Positions 54,109 through 64,000 of a stretch of 64,000 bases of DNA are shown in pieces. This stretch comes from Tubulanus polymorphus. Taxonomy: Eukaryota > Animalia > Nemertea. Below the pieces are notes generated by a model that was not told the origin of the DNA, did not search any database, and saw nothing but the letters and a program-made list of their open reading frames with translations. The position numbers and the translations under genes are program-made. Location: the NCBI RefSeq assembly GCF_964204645.1, contig NC_134028.1, positions 8,742,001 through 8,806,000 on the forward strand, read 5' to 3'. Numbering within the stretch: the first letter of the stretch is position 1; the number at the start of each line of letters is the position of its first letter.

Positions 54109-54449
54109 CGGCGTTACCACAAACGTGTTTGCACTCACGTCTGCAGTAACCTCTCGCCAACCACACGACCCGTGTCCAGGACACCATTGTCAGGTCCGGC
54201 CCCGGCACCCCACGCCGCTCTCAGACTATAGCACAACCTTCAAAATCCATTTTACGAGCAGAATGCATACGCGTTTGATACAATATTTTCGAAAAACACG
54301 TTTGTCCTAGTATTTCTGTCGTTATTTGGATCTTGAAAATTAGTTGCTGCTTGTAGATTACATTATTTTTCTATTAGAATCGGTCACAATTTGGTAATTT
54401 TTAGTCTCGTTGAGAACTGACGCTAGACAAACTATCAACTATTAACATG

Positions 54450-54628
54450 GGTCCAGCTGCGCAGTCGTGACTTAGACTAACCAGTAAAACCGGGCGAACA
54501 CCATCTTTAGTTCTATAGCCAATCTAACAACTTAAGATCAGTCTTAAGATTTCTATAGCCTATATTTAACAACAGTCCGAAGATTTGGGACCACTTCTAG
54601 ACTTAAGTCACGACTGTGCAACTGGGCC
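54450..54628. mobile_element. Harbinger-type MITE, family A copy
   Basis: Shares ttagttctatagccaatctaacaacttaaga and the right TIR with 15404-15541. Confidence 0.75.
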
Positions 54629-56268
54629 CACGGTATACTGTTTGTTTTTGGTTGCTTTACGCCAAAATAAGAAACTTAAACCCAACTGTTGTGGGTTAGA
54701 GTTAACTCTTTAGTTGACGTTTCAAATTGATTTTCAAATACTAGATCTATAATAGAAATTCCGTGTATTTAAATCTAGAGTGAGTCAAATATATCCCAGA
54801 ACGGGTAGTAGAATTGGATCCAGTCAGAGAGAAGCTTTATCGTATGTAGCCGAAAAAACATCGATTTCAATGGACAAATTCTCTCATGACACTTATTTTC
54901 ATTATTGCTGTTATAAATAAATCTGATCGTTCATCTACAGAAACTGAACTAGGACATTAAATCATTTCCGTCAGAAATGACGAATATTAAAAATGAAATG
55001 TCCTGAACATTGTTTATTGAAATATGAAATTGTAGATTTCACGCTGCTTGATGATCAGTTGTTAAACCACAAATAGAGGGTTTGGTTCCGATGTTTAACT
55101 ACAATACCGAGACGAGGGCGGGTTTTAGTTTACATCTAGAGCCAAGGCATCTTAAAGAGTAAATCATTGCCGCAGCCTGATTTAAGTCCTGTCTGCGGAA
55201 CAGGACTAGAATACCGATGTGCTTAACTAAGTCTTATCTCAAATCCAACCATATGTAAATTAGTAGTGATGAACTTATCCACGGCTCGACCGTAGGAAAC
55301 CATCGGAACCGAACCTAAATATAGAAGTCTATCGTTTATTTGTAAATCTTGGTAAACAGAAGAAAAAAAAACCGGAATGAAAAAAAACCTGATATAGTAT
55401 TAAAAAAAGCATAAGTGTCGTTAAATCCATATTTACTCCAGGATTTTGTATCTCCGTTGCCTGTGAATTATTTTACTAATAACTGAAATAGCGAAAAGAC
55501 ATGTTTGCTAGTTTTCGCTTTGATCATCTATATACGTTACATTGTATCCGAAAAAATTGTTCGATAATTTTCCTGTTTTGAATGCGCGTTGAATGTGTTC
55601 GCGGACTGGACTTGCCATTGACTATTTGTGTATGATTTCTGTTTTAGTTTTCAACAGTATCGCCAACCAGCCCAAAGCACGCCTACCTTTGAGCGGCACT
55701 AATCGGTAAAAAGTTGATTCTTGATTCCCACGAAACTTACAATACGACTTTCTCGATGAGCAACGTCAAAATGTTTGGAATACACTTAGTTCTTCGGAGC
55801 TCGTTTGCACTAATTCTGACTTTCCTTTGAAATCTAAAAGCGACAATCGCGTGTCTTTTGTTTCGTGGGAAAATTCACCAAATTGAGAATTCAGATGTAC
55901 GAGATGCTTTTTGCACAAGATGCTTAATAGAATTATGTGATGTGACGACGAGCGATGTTACCAATGTATTAGTTAAAACTTGAATGTCGGCGCAGAGCTC
56001 GAAATCATCGTAGAGGCTCAAATTTGGAAAGGTTTTATTAGTTCGTTGTTGATTTTCAAACTGTGTTTTATTCCTTCGACGTTTTTTATTTGATATTTAG
56101 TATATGTATATATACATGTTTTTAGATTTTTAGAGATTCTCACTTTGTGGCCGGTTAAAACCGGATGATTTTTCGCACTGGATCTGAATGTTACCTGAGG
56201 AAGCCGTCCATATTCACGTGGACGGTTGATTTGGCGAAATTGCAAATCTGATGCGTATATATGTTACA

Positions 56269-56390
56269 CTAGAATAAGCCGCGCAACCACTGGCCAAGTG
56301 GACTAGTTATATTATGCGCACTTACCGGTGATCGAATAGACAAATATAACTAGTCCACTATAGGCCAGTGGTTATACAGCTTGTCCTATA
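56269..56390. repeat. Inverted repeat (small foldback element)
   Basis: aaccactggcc-aa-gtggactagttatat ... atataactagtccac-tata-ggccagtggtt. Confidence 0.7.
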
Positions 56391-56629
56391 TGCGTAATAT
56401 ATATTGTATATGGTAAACCTGTCTTAAACAGAGGTCAGATTTATGAGGGCCGCTTGCAATGGGCCCGGAATCCAGAAGATGTCTTTGAAAATGTTTGTTT
56501 TTAAGAAGTCGATGATTTACAATTGAGCCAAAATCATTCATAGTTAAAAAGATCGGAAAGAATAAAGCATTATTACATCATCGGGATTTCATTTTAATGG
56601 TACATCATTCTGAGGTTAATCTAAGAAAA

Positions 56630-56935
56630 TTGATTTCCGCTGATGGGCCATGAGCTAAGCCGAAGTGGACCCAATATTCAACCCCGCTCATCTTGTCTGG
56701 CTCTGACATCATCTTTGCCAATAAATTGCTGCAAAACCAATCAACTCCTCTCGGTGACGTGCCAGTTTGTATCCCTAGTTTGAGGTCAGAAAGGCCTGGT
56801 GGATAGACCTTTCCACAAGAACAACACAATGAGGTTCCTATGGGGCTCAAACCCACGATCTGGCACTTCAGATACATGTGAAAGTCAGTGGCACTTAAGA
56901 TATTAATTCCTAAAGTCTAGACCACACAGCAAGAC
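56630..56935 (-). mobile_element. tRNA-derived SINE with a central core-like domain
   Basis: Minus strand has A-box-like gctgtgtggtctag and B-box-like gtgggtttgagcccc, followed by cattgtgttgttcttg... resembling invertebrate SINE cores. Confidence 0.55.
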
Positions 56936-59576
56936 ATAGAATCTCTTTTCTTACTTGCTGTTTACTGTTTTGCTACAAAACCACGTTCAGTGAAGCACTG
57001 TTTCAAGTAACCAACAAGTTGGAGTTTTGTGAAACCGAAACTCTTGTGCGTTGGTCCCAGTAACTGAACAAAATGATACAATAAGGGTACCGGCAACGAT
57101 ACTGTGGCAAGCGAGGATTCGGCCAGGTGGCACTGGGTTGCCGCGCTTTACTTTCTTTTACATCAACTACATTCGCATTAGTAACTCAATCTTTAGTGAA
57201 ATCTATTCCATACGCTGAGTAAGAAAGCGAATCTTATTTCTATTCGATGACTTGTTTGATATTTTTATTTTGAAGCCTAAAAATCAAGCTCAAATTTTAT
57301 TGAAAATGAACTGATTTTCACTACGAATGACCCAGCGTATGATTGCCCCATCTGGTGAGTGCCGACACCCCATTAATTTGCTGTGTACGCAGTCACTGAA
57401 ATCTATTTCTGGTTAATATTCTATCGTGTGCCCTAGGCTTGAAATGTTAATTTTTTTAACTGTAAAATTTATGAAATTAAATCGATAAGAGGGTTTGTTT
57501 CGTGAATTGGGACTCGGGGTCAAAGACAGGGTTTACTGTTTTTCCGTTCCATCGCTGTTCTAGTTTTTTCATTCTCTATTCGGATTCAATACATCTTTTG
57601 TTTTCAATGTTTCATCACATATCGAGTACACTTGGCACAAATCAGTGATTTATTGACCTTTTAGATCTCAAAGAAGGAATGCGTGATTATGATGTCAGAA
57701 TGCTTCTTTATCCTTCCTTCACAAACTCTGCTCAAATGTAGAAAATTTCATTGTCATTTCGATTTCAACTGGAATCTTAAAATGGCTTTCTTTTTGTATC
57801 TCGATATTTCAAATTTCTCGGCGCTGTTATGAATATGTCCCCGAAAAAAATGACTTATCGCTCAATACGGCCTTCTTGCGAGATTGGTAGAAGAAAAAGT
57901 ATCAAGTATTTCGTTGAAGAAAAACCCCAAAGTATATTAAGGAAATAGTGAAGTGATGAAGAGAAGTGATATCCGACTAATTTCTAAGAGCTGTTTTCAA
58001 AACTGTTCAGTTTCAGTCTTGAAAACAGGTAATAGAAATGTAACTACTCGCTTAGTTTAGTTGGAAATTGTTGTTTTTTTCTTCAATTGAGTAATAGGCA
58101 GTCATTTACAGAAGTATTTGGATTCAAACACAGTTGCATTTGAAAAACTGCGTTTACGAAAAGTGTTCACGAACATCGCAGTCTCGAGAACACGTTCTCG
58201 AACCTACCAAGCTATATTAAAGACAAATGGCTTCTTCCTTTCATCCTTAGCCTGGTTACATTTGTGTAAAAAACCTCAATAGTGGTGGTCTGATTTTCCC
58301 TTTTGATCTAGCAAATGGGATGATTCGCATGTTGAGATATAGTCTTTGATATATTTTGGGTAGGTAAACTGACCCAGTTCCGGAATGATGCCTTGTTTCT
58401 CCTAATCGGCCGGGTGACTTTTGTAAACACTTCAATAACATTTATAGTCAGTTCATTTCTATAGCTGCCGGGTCTGTTTTGGCTAGCTTGAACATGATTT
58501 AAAAAGAGTAATGTACAGGGTAGAAAGGTGACTGGCCGGGTCAACTATTAGGCTCAACAGAAATGAGGAACAAGGTATCGATTTCTTAGCCTTCGAAAAT
58601 ATCACATTATTTGATAGTCTACCCCCACGTTATCGTTCTATTCTTGGGAGGGGACAAGTTTGTGTTTTGGATAACAAACATAATCTTACATACGATATAA
58701 AATGTTGAAATAAGTTGAAATCTTGGTTATAACATAGGCCTAGTTTGAGATTCGAGTGCAACTATTCCGTACTGTCTCAATCAGTAGTGGAATGATTGAA
58801 AAAGGATCGCAAAAATAATTGAAGGACGTAACGGACATTCAGCCCTGGTGCTGGTTCGTGCCAGTGGAGGAATGATATCGGTCAAGATAGTTGTTCTTTT
58901 ATCACCAGTTTATAACATGGTTTAACCTGAGATGTGAAGTATCTATCCAAAAAATGGGTTTTACCAGCCCTTCGGGAAACGGGATCCTGGTTGAAAGTAA
59001 ATCAGTTTTATACATTTATGTTTCAAGGATTGGCTGAAAACAGAATCGGGTCCCGGGTTTGTCAGTCGTCCCTTAAGTCCATTAGTGGTCTTAAACCTTA
59101 AGACCGGTCTTAAGGCATGATTGGCTATAGAACAAAGTTGGTCAAAGACTGGCCATGAATTTACGCCGTGAACTGGGCCCTGGTGTAGTTGTGGGTAGCA
59201 ATTTGACTTGAATTGAGCTCAAAATGGAATTGAAACAGCCGGTCTGGAATTGAGATAATAAATTTGAAATAATGCTAAGAATGATACCTTGTTTCTCCTA
59301 ATCGACCGGGTCATTTTATAACGTGCAATACAATTTGTAATCCAATTCATTTCTGTGCAACCGTGCATTCTTATAACTATTGATGTATTTAGAAACAACA
59401 TGTTTAATAATTATCTCAATCTATTTTTGAACTGTTGACGAAAAAAAGTTTGATGTTTAATATGAATATAGAATAATGAAATATTATTGCAAACGAATAT
59501 GTGTAAGTGTTTTTCTTGGGAGAAAGTTACTGATGGAACTGAGAAGGATTGATCCGGTTTGTGTGAACGGCTAGAT

Positions 59577-64000
<4,424 letters not shown>

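Noticed and set aside
56605-56877. 90-aa ORF on the minus strand
   Set aside because: Lies within a SINE-like element and has no recognisable protein motif.

Overview
AT-rich, intron-containing eukaryotic DNA, probably from an invertebrate animal (inferred from gene content; species not determined). I assembled seven protein-coding loci by hand from splice sites and reading-frame phase. (1) A crossveinless-2/BMPER-like secreted VWC-VWD-C8 protein (-), apparently lacking VWC1 and the GDPH self-cleavage site. (2) A single-exon rhodopsin-class orphan GPCR (-). (3) GID4 (+). (4) An SLC22-type transporter (-) with two GC-AG introns and a disabled copy of its first exon downstream. (5) An aveugle/SAMD10/12 SAM protein (-), head-to-head with (6) an IRSp53/BAIAP2-family I-BAR-SH3-WH2 gene (+) that has candidate microexons and an alternative last exon. 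(7) The 3' part of a TSSK/AMPK-related Ser/Thr kinase (-) with an RRxS-rich tail. Non-coding DNA holds many MITEs, tRNA-derived SINEs, truncated LINE 3' ends, microsatellites and an orphan 28S rDNA fragment. I saw no CRISPR array or prokaryotic system. Family assignments rest on remembered motifs, not database searches.
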